NCBI GenBank assembly: GCA_964458855.1
Contig: CAYWJS010000003.1
Coordinates: 1,957 to 65,956 of the forward strand
Source of the DNA: an uncultured Erysipelotrichia bacterium
GTDB taxonomy: Bacteria > Bacillota_I > Bacilli_A > CAYWJS01
Direction of reading: 5' to 3'
Length of the DNA stretch: 64,000 nucleotides
Shown: positions 38,702 to 47,646 of the stretch, piece by piece
How positions within the stretch are numbered: position 1 is the stretch's first letter
Layout of the letters: the number at the start of each line of letters is the position of its first letter
Notes under the pieces: model-generated
What the model was told of the DNA's origin: nothing
What the model saw: the letters and a program-made list of their open reading frames with translations, nothing else
The model's database searches: none
Position numbers and translations under genes: made by a program

Positions 38702-39268
38702 TTATTTAAAAATATTCATTCTTGATATAATTTGCATTCTCTCTCTCAAGTCGGTGGCACCCTTAAAAAGCTTGTTAAGAGTATGGCCAATATAAATATT
38801 GAAAAATCCAACAATAATTATTGCTAACATAATTAGTAAGTTTGAAATACTTGTAATTAAATCAGGAATAAATATTAAAACTAAACCAATAACAAGAATA
38901 AATAAATTATAATATTTTTTGATATCACCCATAATTTTGTTAGTAGTAAAAAAACCTATTATTGATTTCAAAATTAACCAACTACCAATAATTTGTACTA
39001 ATAAATTAATATTATCTGTTCCAACTAAATACAACAAAGAAACAGCAATTAAAATAGAAATTATATTATCTGTTATTGTAACCCAAAGCTTTTCACTAAA
39101 ATCTTTCATTTTGTAATTAATTATTAATTTTTCAATTGCTTGACTCATAATTAATAAACTAATAAAAATGATAATAAATTGAGGTCCCATATCTGGATTG
39201 AAAAATAATCCATAAAGACCAAACGCAATAAATACAATTCCTTTTATTATTCTTAAAGTTCCGTTCAT
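38702..39268 (-). CDS. Small polytopic membrane protein (possibly HdeD/DUF308-like), hypothetical
   Basis: 188 aa, about six hydrophobic helices; immediately downstream of the HerA-like ATPase with a 2-nt gap. Confidence 0.45.
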   Translation of the reverse strand: MNGTLRIIKGIVFIAFGLYGLFFNPDMGPQFIIIFISLLIMSQAIEKLIINYKMKDFSEKLWVTITDNIISILIAVSLLYLVGTDNINLLVQIIGSWLILKSIIGFFTTNKIMGDIKKYYNLFILVIGLVLIFIPDLITSISNLLIMLAIIIVGFFNIYIGHTLNKLFKGATDLRERMQIISRMNIFK

Positions 39269-39270
39269 TT

Positions 39271-41109
39271 TTAACCTCCTATTATTTTATTTTGGTACCA
39301 AACATTTGCAATATCAGCACTTGAGCTATATGGGTCAGGTACTGGACGTTCAATATTAACCATAACTGGTAAATTTACCGCCGTTCCAAAAGCGATGCAA
39401 GTTCCAACTTGTAAGTAAGTTAGCTTATCAAGAATTGCTGTTGTAATATTTGGGACCATCTCTCGCATATAAGCTAAATCACGTGGGTGGTTTATTCTAA
39501 ATAATATGACATTTGAACATTGTGAAACAATTGTTTCACTTACTTCAGATGGGCGTTGTGAGACAAGTCCTAAGATAATTCCGTATTTTCTTCCTTCTTT
39601 AGAAATCCTTTCAAATATGTTATAACCTAAAATCTCAATATCAGTATCTTTTTGAGCATAGCGATGTGCTTCTTCCAAAATAATATGAATTGGAAATGAT
39701 GTTCTATCTTTTAATGATTTTGTATAATTAAAAAACATTTTTGAATATATTTTTGTAATAACTTTTGCAAACCTATCATCAACACCATGAATATTAAAGT
39801 TAATAATTTGCGCCTTCTTTTCTCCTTCAATTAAAACAAGGGATTTTATGTATTCCTCTAATGAATTATATTCAGTTTCTCCAAAATAGTCATTATATGA
39901 ACCATTAATTATTGAATCAAGTCGAACTTTTAAAACATTTGTGTAATCATAAACACTATCACTACTTAATTCACCTTCAGAAATAATTGCAAAATCTAAA
40001 GCTTTTTTGAAATCCTGCAAATCATATTTTACCAATTTATCAACATAATTTAAATCAAACTCTTCTTTAATAAATTGACTAAAAAACTTAGTAATTAACT
40101 CCATCTCTCTAAGTTTTCCATGTTCATCAATTAAAAAGCATTGTTTTAAAGTCCTAATGACACCTGGCTGTACAATTTTTGCTTCTAAATTAATTTCTTC
40201 TGTATTAAAATTAACTAATACTGAAAACACTCGATCACGTGCCGTTGAAGATGAACCTGAATTAGTTAAAATTGTCATTATTGCTTTTGCTAAAATGTGA
40301 TTTTTTAAATCATTTGCTTCCTTACTACCCAATTTAAAGACTTTTACTAGATTAAGTGCTTTTTCTAAGATTGGAAGTTGAATATGGCGGTCAACACCCA
40401 AAAGTAATGCCCAATCATCAACATCTAAAAGCCATACCGGAATTTTAATTAATCGATCAGTATCTGTTGTATCAGCAGTTGTATAAGATTTAAAATTTAA
40501 TTCTGGATTAATTTTTGAAAGCTCACTAAAAGCTTGGTGATATTCACCATAAGCATCAAAAATAAAGATATTAGCATTGTATGGTACACCCTCTGTTTTA
40601 GAAAATACATTTTGGAGAATTCTTGCTACTGCATTTGATTTACCACTACCTGTATTACCAAAAATAGCAAAGTGATTACTTAAAAAATCATTTACTCTTA
40701 AATATATTGGTAAACCAAAAATTGGTGATGTACCAAGTTCAAGTTGTTTTCTCTTGTCATATAAATTAGATCCTAAAATTAATTTCACTTCTGACTTTTT
40801 AGCAAACCTAACAGTTGCTGCAAAAGACGGATTAACAGATGTTCCAAATTTAAAACGGTCATCAGAAAACTCACCTACAAAGGAAGCATAGGCATAACTT
40901 TTATCTCCTTTTTTAAAAACATCTTGAATTTCACCAATAATTTGTGATTCTGCTTCTTCAAAAATAATAAAAACATTAATTAAACTTTTGGCACGATTTA
41001 AATCAAAATTTAACTCTATTTCAACAATTGAATCTTTAATTGTCAATATCTTCCCAATCATTAAAACCACTCCTATGGTAATTTTAACACTTTTATAAGG
41101 AAGATTCAA
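39271..41109 (-). CDS. HerA/FtsK-superfamily ATPase (DUF87-like) with N-terminal HAS-barrel-like domain
   Basis: 612 aa; Walker A FGNTGSGKSN, Walker B-like HIILEEAHRY, arginine-finger region LVSQRPSEV. Confidence 0.6.
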   Translation of the reverse strand: MNLPYKSVKITIGVVLMIGKILTIKDSIVEIELNFDLNRAKSLINVFIIFEEAESQIIGEIQDVFKKGDKSYAYASFVGEFSDDRFKFGTSVNPSFAATVRFAKKSEVKLILGSNLYDKRKQLELGTSPIFGLPIYLRVNDFLSNHFAIFGNTGSGKSNAVARILQNVFSKTEGVPYNANIFIFDAYGEYHQAFSELSKINPELNFKSYTTADTTDTDRLIKIPVWLLDVDDWALLLGVDRHIQLPILEKALNLVKVFKLGSKEANDLKNHILAKAIMTILTNSGSSSTARDRVFSVLVNFNTEEINLEAKIVQPGVIRTLKQCFLIDEHGKLREMELITKFFSQFIKEEFDLNYVDKLVKYDLQDFKKALDFAIISEGELSSDSVYDYTNVLKVRLDSIINGSYNDYFGETEYNSLEEYIKSLVLIEGEKKAQIINFNIHGVDDRFAKVITKIYSKMFFNYTKSLKDRTSFPIHIILEEAHRYAQKDTDIEILGYNIFERISKEGRKYGIILGLVSQRPSEVSETIVSQCSNVILFRINHPRDLAYMREMVPNITTAILDKLTYLQVGTCIAFGTAVNLPVMVNIERPVPDPYSSSADIANVWYQNKIIGG

Positions 41110-41135
41110 TTAATATCTTTAATATAAAATACCCT

Positions 41136-42293
41136 CTAAGAGGGTATTTTACCTGTTAACATTTCTACTAAGTAGCGGTTAAATAAATCCCAAATATTTG
41201 CCTTTTCTATTTTTTCTAAGGTAATTACTGGTACTGAAAGCAATACTTTATTATTATCTATAACATTTAAAGTACCTATTCTTGCTCCTGCTTTTAAAGG
41301 AACAGTAATTTTATCAATTTCTAATTTATAAGTTACATTTCTTTTTGGTTTTCCTTTTTGATTTAAAATGTATAAATCATCTTCTAGTACTGCTTTAACT
41401 GTTGTTTTTTTAGCTTTTGCAACAAAAATTTCCTTTAACACTTGCCCTTTTGATAAAGTTTTTTCAACTTCATATTGCTGAAAAGCATAATCTAAAAGTT
41501 TCGTTGTTTCATAATTACGATAACTTTTATCAGCAATTCCCATTACTACTGATATAACACGTAAGTTATTCCTTTTTGCAGTTGCAGTTAAACAATATTT
41601 TGATTTTGTTGTATGTCCGGTTTTTATCCCGTCTACCCCTTCATAGAAACGAACTAAGTTATTTGTATTTACAAGCCAAAATTTTTCATCTGTATCTTGT
41701 CTTAAATAATCTTCATAGATTGATGTGTATTTTAAAACCTCTGGATATTTTAATACTAATTCCCTTGCCATTACTGCAAGATCATAAGCAGATGAATAAT
41801 GGTTTTCTTCATCAAGACCTGATGAATTTACAAAGTTAGTATTTTTTAAACCTAATTCCTTTACTTTTTTATTCATTTGTTTAACAAATTCCTCTTCTGT
41901 TCCAGCTACTCGTTCTGCTAAAGCAACTGTGGCATCATTAGCACTAGCAATTGCAACTGCTTTAAATAAATCCTCAACACTCATTATTTCACCTGGTTCA
42001 AGGTAAATTTGACTTCCACCAAAAGAAGCAGCATTTGCACTTACCTGAATTTTTTCATCCCAAGTAAGTCCACCAGATTTAATATCTTCTAAAATTAACA
42101 TCATACTCATTATTTTTGTCATTGATGCTGGTGCAAGTCTTTTATGAGGATCCTTTTGGTAAAGAATTTCACCCGTTGTTACTTCCATTAAAATTGCACT
42201 TTCTGATTTTGGTGTTAAATCAAGCGTTTCTCCTTTTACTGGAAGCGGCATCATTAAAAGAATTAACACCAAAATAAACATTTTCCTTTTCAT
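41136..42293 (-). CDS. dacF: D-alanyl-D-alanine carboxypeptidase (S11, DacF-like)
   Basis: ORF track to 42344; likely start ATG 42293 after RBS GAGGTG giving signal peptide MKRKMFILVL; SMTK (SxxK), SAN, KTGHT motifs. Confidence 0.8.
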   Translation of the reverse strand: MKRKMFILVLILLMMPLPVKGETLDLTPKSESAILMEVTTGEILYQKDPHKRLAPASMTKIMSMMLILEDIKSGGLTWDEKIQVSANAASFGGSQIYLEPGEIMSVEDLFKAVAIASANDATVALAERVAGTEEEFVKQMNKKVKELGLKNTNFVNSSGLDEENHYSSAYDLAVMARELVLKYPEVLKYTSIYEDYLRQDTDEKFWLVNTNNLVRFYEGVDGIKTGHTTKSKYCLTATAKRNNLRVISVVMGIADKSYRNYETTKLLDYAFQQYEVEKTLSKGQVLKEIFVAKAKKTTVKAVLEDDLYILNQKGKPKRNVTYKLEIDKITVPLKAGARIGTLNVIDNNKVLLSVPVITLEKIEKANIWDLFNRYLVEMLTGKIPS

Positions 42294-42340
42294 ACATAAC
42301 ACCTCAATAAATGTTATGCTTAAAAAATTGTAAAAATGAA

Positions 42341-44254
42341 TCATATTTTTCTACCATAAATATAGCCACCAATAATTATAACTCCAAAAAATAGTGACAA
42401 TTTAATCAATAAATGTTGTGAATTATTATTCTTTTCATTTTGAATGTTACTTTCTTTTAGGGTTTCTTTTTCTGTTGATTTCTTGCTTGTATTTTTAAGT
42501 AAGTTGTTTTCTCCAAGCGAAACAGTAACCGTTAAAGTGTCGTTTTTTCTTATTTCAGAGGGAAAGATATTAATTATTTTTCCTTTAGGAACTTTTTCTA
42601 AATATTTATAAAGAAGTTGAGTTTTAACATTTTTGTTTTGTAACCATTTTTCCAAATCAGAATATTTTTCAAATTTTGGGATTTTTATTTTTCCACTTGA
42701 AATGATTACTTCTAAAACATCATTTTTATTAAGAACTTTTTCATCATAAGAAAGCACTTTATTTTTCTCTTCTAAACTCTCTACTATTTTATATTTAACA
42801 TTTATTCCCTGTTTTTTTGCCCATGTATTTATTTCTTCTTTAGACCACTCATAAATATTCGGTATAGTAAAATTTCCTTTCGATAAAAGAACTTCAAAAG
42901 TTTCACCTGTATTTAGCTTTTGCTTATTAACGTCAATTACTGTATCTTTGGGTTCAATGCTTTCTATTATTTGAAATTTAGGATTAACCCTATTTTGAAA
43001 TGCCCAACTTTGAACTTCTTCTTTTTTCCAACCTATCATATTAGGAACATTTACTTCTTTTGGTAATACTTTTAAAGTTAAATTTATTTTAAGCTTATCA
43101 ATTAAAATACTTATTGGTTGAATTCCTATTTTTTTAGTATCAACTTCTTCTTTTATCTTAATACTATTTTTAGGATTTGTACTTTTAACATAATCATAAA
43201 TATTAAACTTATCTCCCCAATATATTTTTATTTCATTTTTAACTTCAATTTTATCTCTTGTACGAAAACGATAGAAAACTTTTTTAGTCGTCTCATCTTT
43301 TATATATGGAGCAAGCACATCATTTTCATAAGTGTCTAAATAAATTTTTTCAATATTGTAATACTTAAACATTTTTTCGCGCACACGATACTCTTTTTCA
43401 ATTTTTACTTCTCTTATTAATGATGATGTTACTTTCTCAAGGGATTCTTTCCATGGTTCCCATTTTGGATTTACTAAATTTTCTGCTTTTACTTCGTGAG
43501 TAAAACTATATTCTGAATAATAGTTGCTCATAAATTGATAGTTTCCTTTTATTTGGGCATAAATTCCAGAGTCTAAAGAGTTAGAATCTAAAAAATTAAG
43601 AGTGTATTTTTTAGTTGCAGTTCCTTTATCATATAAATAAATTTTTATTTTTATTTCATCAATATTATAAAATGCTTTCAAATCAATTAATATTGTGCCA
43701 TCATTTTCTAAAAAAGACATGTTTTCCTCTGCATTATTATTGTTTATAAAGTCTTTAAACTCAGGATTACATTTAGTACAACTTACACTATAATTTATTT
43801 TTTTATTATTTACATAAATATTTATTTCGGGAATTCTTAAAGCATTATATGAGCCTCGAACATCAGTAATATAAATATATCTTACTTTTTTCATGTTTCG
43901 ATATTTATAAACATTTCGAGTATCTATTTCATTAAACTCATTTTTTAAAATCTCTTTTTTTTGCCAAGAACTAAATTCTCCCCAAATAAAATCATCATCC
44001 AAACGATAAGGATATTCTTTTGGATTTTTCCCATTATAATAGTAATCATTTGTATAATTAATCTGTTCTTTATACCACTTCCATTTTATAATACTTTGAA
44101 CATTAACAAGCTCACTTGGTATTACTTTTTCTTCACTCCAATCACTAAAATTACTCCATTCGGTATAATAAACACTACTTTCTGCTTGTACTTTTATTGG
44201 TTTTAATAAAACAAATAATAGTAACAAAATTTTTAATACTTTTTTTACATTCAT
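42341..44254 (-). CDS. Secreted, C-terminally membrane-anchored protein with three PASTA-like repeats, hypothetical
   Basis: 637 aa; signal peptide ending VQA, W/Y/K-rich N-terminal region, three ~65-aa repeats with PASTA-like pattern, C-terminal TM LFFGVIIIGGYIYG. Confidence 0.5.
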   Translation of the reverse strand: MNVKKVLKILLLLFVLLKPIKVQAESSVYYTEWSNFSDWSEEKVIPSELVNVQSIIKWKWYKEQINYTNDYYYNGKNPKEYPYRLDDDFIWGEFSSWQKKEILKNEFNEIDTRNVYKYRNMKKVRYIYITDVRGSYNALRIPEINIYVNNKKINYSVSCTKCNPEFKDFINNNNAEENMSFLENDGTILIDLKAFYNIDEIKIKIYLYDKGTATKKYTLNFLDSNSLDSGIYAQIKGNYQFMSNYYSEYSFTHEVKAENLVNPKWEPWKESLEKVTSSLIREVKIEKEYRVREKMFKYYNIEKIYLDTYENDVLAPYIKDETTKKVFYRFRTRDKIEVKNEIKIYWGDKFNIYDYVKSTNPKNSIKIKEEVDTKKIGIQPISILIDKLKINLTLKVLPKEVNVPNMIGWKKEEVQSWAFQNRVNPKFQIIESIEPKDTVIDVNKQKLNTGETFEVLLSKGNFTIPNIYEWSKEEINTWAKKQGINVKYKIVESLEEKNKVLSYDEKVLNKNDVLEVIISSGKIKIPKFEKYSDLEKWLQNKNVKTQLLYKYLEKVPKGKIINIFPSEIRKNDTLTVTVSLGENNLLKNTSKKSTEKETLKESNIQNEKNNNSQHLLIKLSLFFGVIIIGGYIYGRKI

Positions 44255-44332
44255 TTTTTCACCTCCTATTTTATTTTTCTTTAAAATCTTTAAAAATCTT
44301 TCTCAAATAAAAAAATACGGCTTTTGCCGTAT

Positions 44333-45640
44333 TTATCTAACTACTCCGTGAATTATTTTTAAAGGTTTTGCACGTTTTCTCGTAATTTTATATGCATATG
44401 TTACAAGTTTTAGAGCTTCTTCACATTTAATATCATTTACATGAAGATAAGCAACTGGTGTATCTTTTGTTACTCTATCCCCTACCTTGCAATTTAAAAC
44501 GACTCCAACAAGTGGATCAATATCATCTTCTTTTTTATTTCTACCTGCTCCTAAAATTCTAGCTGCTTTACCAATATTTAAGGCATTTAGGGATGCTACA
44601 TACCCCTCTTTATTTAAGTACACTGGAATTATTCTTTTTGCTTTTGGAATTAAATCTGGATTATCAATCCACTTTACATTGCCACCTTGATATTTTACAA
44701 ATTCTCTAAACTTTTTAAAAGCCTCTTCACTTTCAAGCTTTTCTTTTAAAATTTTTCTTGCTTCCTTTTGATTTGGAGCAATTTTACCTAAAACAAGCAT
44801 TTCAGAAGCAAGAGCAAGAGACACCTCTAAAACATCTTTTGGACCTTTACCTTTTAAAATATCAATTGCTTCTTTTACCTCTAAAATATTTCCCACAGCA
44901 TATCCTAATGGTTCATTCATATCAGTAATATAAGCAACCGTTTCTTTACCTAGATTTTTCCCAATTTCAACCATGGTATTTGCAAGAATTGTTGCATCAA
45001 TTTTATTTTTCATAAATGCACCATGTCCAACTTTTACATCAAGTACTATCTTATCTGCACCACCTGCAAGTTTTTTTGCCATTATACTTGATGCAATAAG
45101 AGGAATTGAGTCAACAGTTCCTGTTACATCTCTTAGAGCATATATTTTTTTATCAGCAGGAGCAAGATCTTCTGTCTGACCAATAATTGCAATTTTTATA
45201 TCATTTACCTGTTTATAAAAATTTTCTAAACTTATATTTGTTTTAAAACCATCAATTGATTCAAGTTTATCAATTGTTCCTCCAGTATAACCAAGACCTC
45301 TACCACTCATTTTGGTAAATGAAAGCCCCGTGCTTGCAACAAGTGGTCCAAGAACAAGTGTTACTTTATCACCAACTCCACCTGTTGAATGTTTATCTAC
45401 TCTAATTCCTTTTATTTTACTTAAATCAATTGTTTTTCCACTATTTAAAATTTCTTCTGTTAATTTAATACATTCTTCTTTACTCATTCCGTTATAATAT
45501 ATTGCCATAAGAAGTGCACTCATTTGATAATCTGGTATCTCATCAGAGGTATAATTTTGAATAACATATTCAATTTCTTCAGAAGTCAAAGTTTCCCCAT
45601 CACGTTTTTTTTCAATAATATCAACCATTCTCATAATCAT
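44333..45640 (-). CDS. pdp: Pyrimidine-nucleoside (thymidine) phosphorylase
   Basis: 435 aa; N-terminal IEKKRDGETLTSEEI and glycine-rich phosphate-binding region. Confidence 0.85.
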   Translation of the reverse strand: MIMRMVDIIEKKRDGETLTSEEIEYVIQNYTSDEIPDYQMSALLMAIYYNGMSKEECIKLTEEILNSGKTIDLSKIKGIRVDKHSTGGVGDKVTLVLGPLVASTGLSFTKMSGRGLGYTGGTIDKLESIDGFKTNISLENFYKQVNDIKIAIIGQTEDLAPADKKIYALRDVTGTVDSIPLIASSIMAKKLAGGADKIVLDVKVGHGAFMKNKIDATILANTMVEIGKNLGKETVAYITDMNEPLGYAVGNILEVKEAIDILKGKGPKDVLEVSLALASEMLVLGKIAPNQKEARKILKEKLESEEAFKKFREFVKYQGGNVKWIDNPDLIPKAKRIIPVYLNKEGYVASLNALNIGKAARILGAGRNKKEDDIDPLVGVVLNCKVGDRVTKDTPVAYLHVNDIKCEEALKLVTYAYKITRKRAKPLKIIHGVVR

Positions 45641-45688
45641 TACCTCTTTCCTTTTATATTATACCATAAAAAAAGATACCCCTAGGTA

Positions 45689-46057
45689 TCATTTTTTTAA
45701 TTTTTTATCAATTAATTTTACAGTGTTTTCTAAATTATTTACTAAATTATTATACAAATTTGGGTATTTTTTTATTTCTTGTAAAATTTTTAAATCAACA
45801 TCAGAAACTTTTATTTTATATTCTTCTGAATCTTCAGAAACTAAATTAATTTCCCTTCCCAATAAATAATCTATAGTAACTCCTAAAGCATCTGCAATAT
45901 CAATTAAGGTTTCAATATTTGGAGTTCGATTACCATTCTCATATCCTGAAATTGATACTTTTGTTACATTTACAAGATTTCCTAATTTATTTTGAGTTAA
46001 ACCATGTTTTTTACGAAGTTCCTTTAGTCTTTTTCGAAACACTTCCATCAGTATCAC
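45689..46057 (-). CDS. XRE-family helix-turn-helix transcriptional regulator (repressor-like)
   Basis: 122 aa; HTH LTQNKLGNLVNVTKVSISGYENG. Confidence 0.65.
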   Translation of the reverse strand: MILMEVFRKRLKELRKKHGLTQNKLGNLVNVTKVSISGYENGNRTPNIETLIDIADALGVTIDYLLGREINLVSEDSEEYKIKVSDVDLKILQEIKKYPNLYNNLVNNLENTVKLIDKKLKK

Positions 46058-46082
46058 CCTTTATTAACTACATTTTTATTGT

Positions 46083-46145
46083 AAGTTAACAAAGAGTAAA
46101 TTTGGCAAAAGTTAACTAATAAGGAACTTTTTGCTTGAAGTTAAC
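46083..46145. promoter_or_regulatory. Three copies of AAGTTAAC (palindromic core GTTAAC) at 46083-46090, 46109-46116 and 46138-46145 in the divergent intergenic region; candidate operators
   Basis: Read directly; third copy overlaps the -35 (TTGAAG) of a near-consensus promoter with -10 TATAAT at 46158-46163. Confidence 0.4.
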
Positions 46146-46182
46146 TTCTGGTTTACCTATAATATTATTAGAGGTGAATATA

Positions 46183-46398
46183 ATGTGTTATGTTAAACTT
46201 AAACACCTCCGTAAAAATTATGGCTACACACTTGATGATATGGCAAAAAAATTAAAAATTAGTAAAACTTATTATTGGCAGATTGAAAATAATAATCGAA
46301 AGCTTTCCTATGAAATAGCTTTTAAAATAGCATCCATTTTTAACACAACGCCAGATGATATTTTTTATGAAGATTTTAAAATAATAAAAAAATTCTAG
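46183..46398 (+). CDS. Small XRE-family HTH protein (Cro-like), divergent from the 122-aa regulator
   Basis: ORF track starts at TTG 46135, which is probably the -35 box; likely start ATG 46183 after RBS GAGGTG; HTH YTLDDMAKKLKISKTYYWQIEN. Confidence 0.6.
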   Translation: MCYVKLKHLRKNYGYTLDDMAKKLKISKTYYWQIENNNRKLSYEIAFKIASIFNTTPDDIFYEDFKIIKKF

Positions 46399-46407
46399 TT
46401 TACCCTC

Positions 46408-47106
46408 CTAGAATTTTTTTAAGTTATTTTCAATTATTTCTCTTATTTTAAGTGCTAGATCATTACTTCCAAGATTTTGATATTCTTCTTTAGTAATTGG
46501 TTTGTCAAAAATAATTGTAACTTTTGTCTTTCGCGGAAATCTATTTTTAATATCCTTTGCACCAATTATTGTAACTGGAATAATTGGAGCATCAACTTTT
46601 GTTGCAAGACGAAATGCACCTAATTTAAACTCTAATAACTTACCTGTTTTACTTCTTGTTCCTTCAGGAAAAACAACCATTACTTTTCCATTTTTAATTT
46701 TTTTAGATGCAACATCAATTACTTTAACACTTTCCCTAATGCTTTTTCTGTTAATAAATTCACTTTCAGTAATTTTAACAAGATCACGAATAAAAAATAT
46801 TTTTTTCAATTCTATTTTGGCAAGAAAACCAGAAAGCACACCAAAAACTTGAAAAAATATTACATCAAAATTACTTTGATGATTTGGTGTAATTAAATAC
46901 CCACCATCACGAGGTAAATTTTCTAAACCTTGAATGTCAAGTTCAATACGAAATAGTTTTAAAGCTATTTTTGCTAAAAAACTAATATATTTTTGACGTT
47001 TTTTAATTGGTAATTTCTTATATATCTTAAATGAAGCTAAAATTAAGATTATCAAAACTAGTATTAAAATTAATAAAAATATAAGTGTATTTATTAATAT
47101 ATCCAC
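46408..47106 (-). CDS. plsC: 1-acyl-sn-glycerol-3-phosphate acyltransferase
   Basis: 232 aa; N-terminal TM, acyltransferase motifs NHQSNFD and FPEGTRS. Confidence 0.8.
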   Translation of the reverse strand: MDILINTLIFLLILILVLIILILASFKIYKKLPIKKRQKYISFLAKIALKLFRIELDIQGLENLPRDGGYLITPNHQSNFDVIFFQVFGVLSGFLAKIELKKIFFIRDLVKITESEFINRKSIRESVKVIDVASKKIKNGKVMVVFPEGTRSKTGKLLEFKLGAFRLATKVDAPIIPVTIIGAKDIKNRFPRKTKVTIIFDKPITKEEYQNLGSNDLALKIREIIENNLKKF

Positions 47107-47167
47107 CTTAATCTACTCCTTTATATAAAATTATTATAACACAAAAAAATAATTTCCTTTTCGGAAA

Positions 47168-47494
47168 TTATTTTTTACCACTACTTAGAAATGTAACCTT
47201 TTCCGCAACTACTTCAGTTGTATATTTTTTATTATTTTCACCATCTTCAAAGACCCTAGACTGGATTCTTCCTTTAATCCCAATAATATCTCCTTTTTTG
47301 CAGTATTCAACGGTCGATTCAGCAATTCCTTTCCAAAGTACACAGTCAATAAAATCTGTTTCATATTCTCCTTCCAGATTTTTAAATGATCTTGTTACTG
47401 CTAAAGTAATATTTGTAACTTTTTTCCCACTTTCCGTTTCCCTTAGTTCAGGATCTCTTACTAATCTTCCTACAAGTACAGCTTGATTTAACAT
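47168..47494 (-). CDS. ssb: Single-stranded DNA-binding protein lacking the acidic C-terminal tail (SsbB-like)
   Basis: ORF track to 47545; likely start ATG 47494 after RBS AGGGAGGG; OB-fold pattern MLNQAVLVGRLVRDPELR; ends ...SSGKK with no D/E-rich DIPF tail. Confidence 0.75.
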   Translation of the reverse strand: MLNQAVLVGRLVRDPELRETESGKKVTNITLAVTRSFKNLEGEYETDFIDCVLWKGIAESTVEYCKKGDIIGIKGRIQSRVFEDGENNKKYTTEVVAEKVTFLSSGKK

Positions 47495-47646
47495 ATTTTC
47501 CCTCCCTTTCGCAATAATAATAAAAACTTTAAAACAATTTTGCAAATAGCAAACTTTAAAAAATTGAATTAAAAATATTGCAAAAATTGAAGTTTTGCCT
47601 TACAGAATTTAAAAAATGGACATATTTTAATGTCCATTTTTTAAGT

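Noticed and set aside
45641-47167. Prophage at the divergent XRE locus
   Set aside because: No capsid, tail, terminase, integrase or lysis genes in the flanks; only the regulator pair and operators are phage-like. Reported as a regulatory switch instead.
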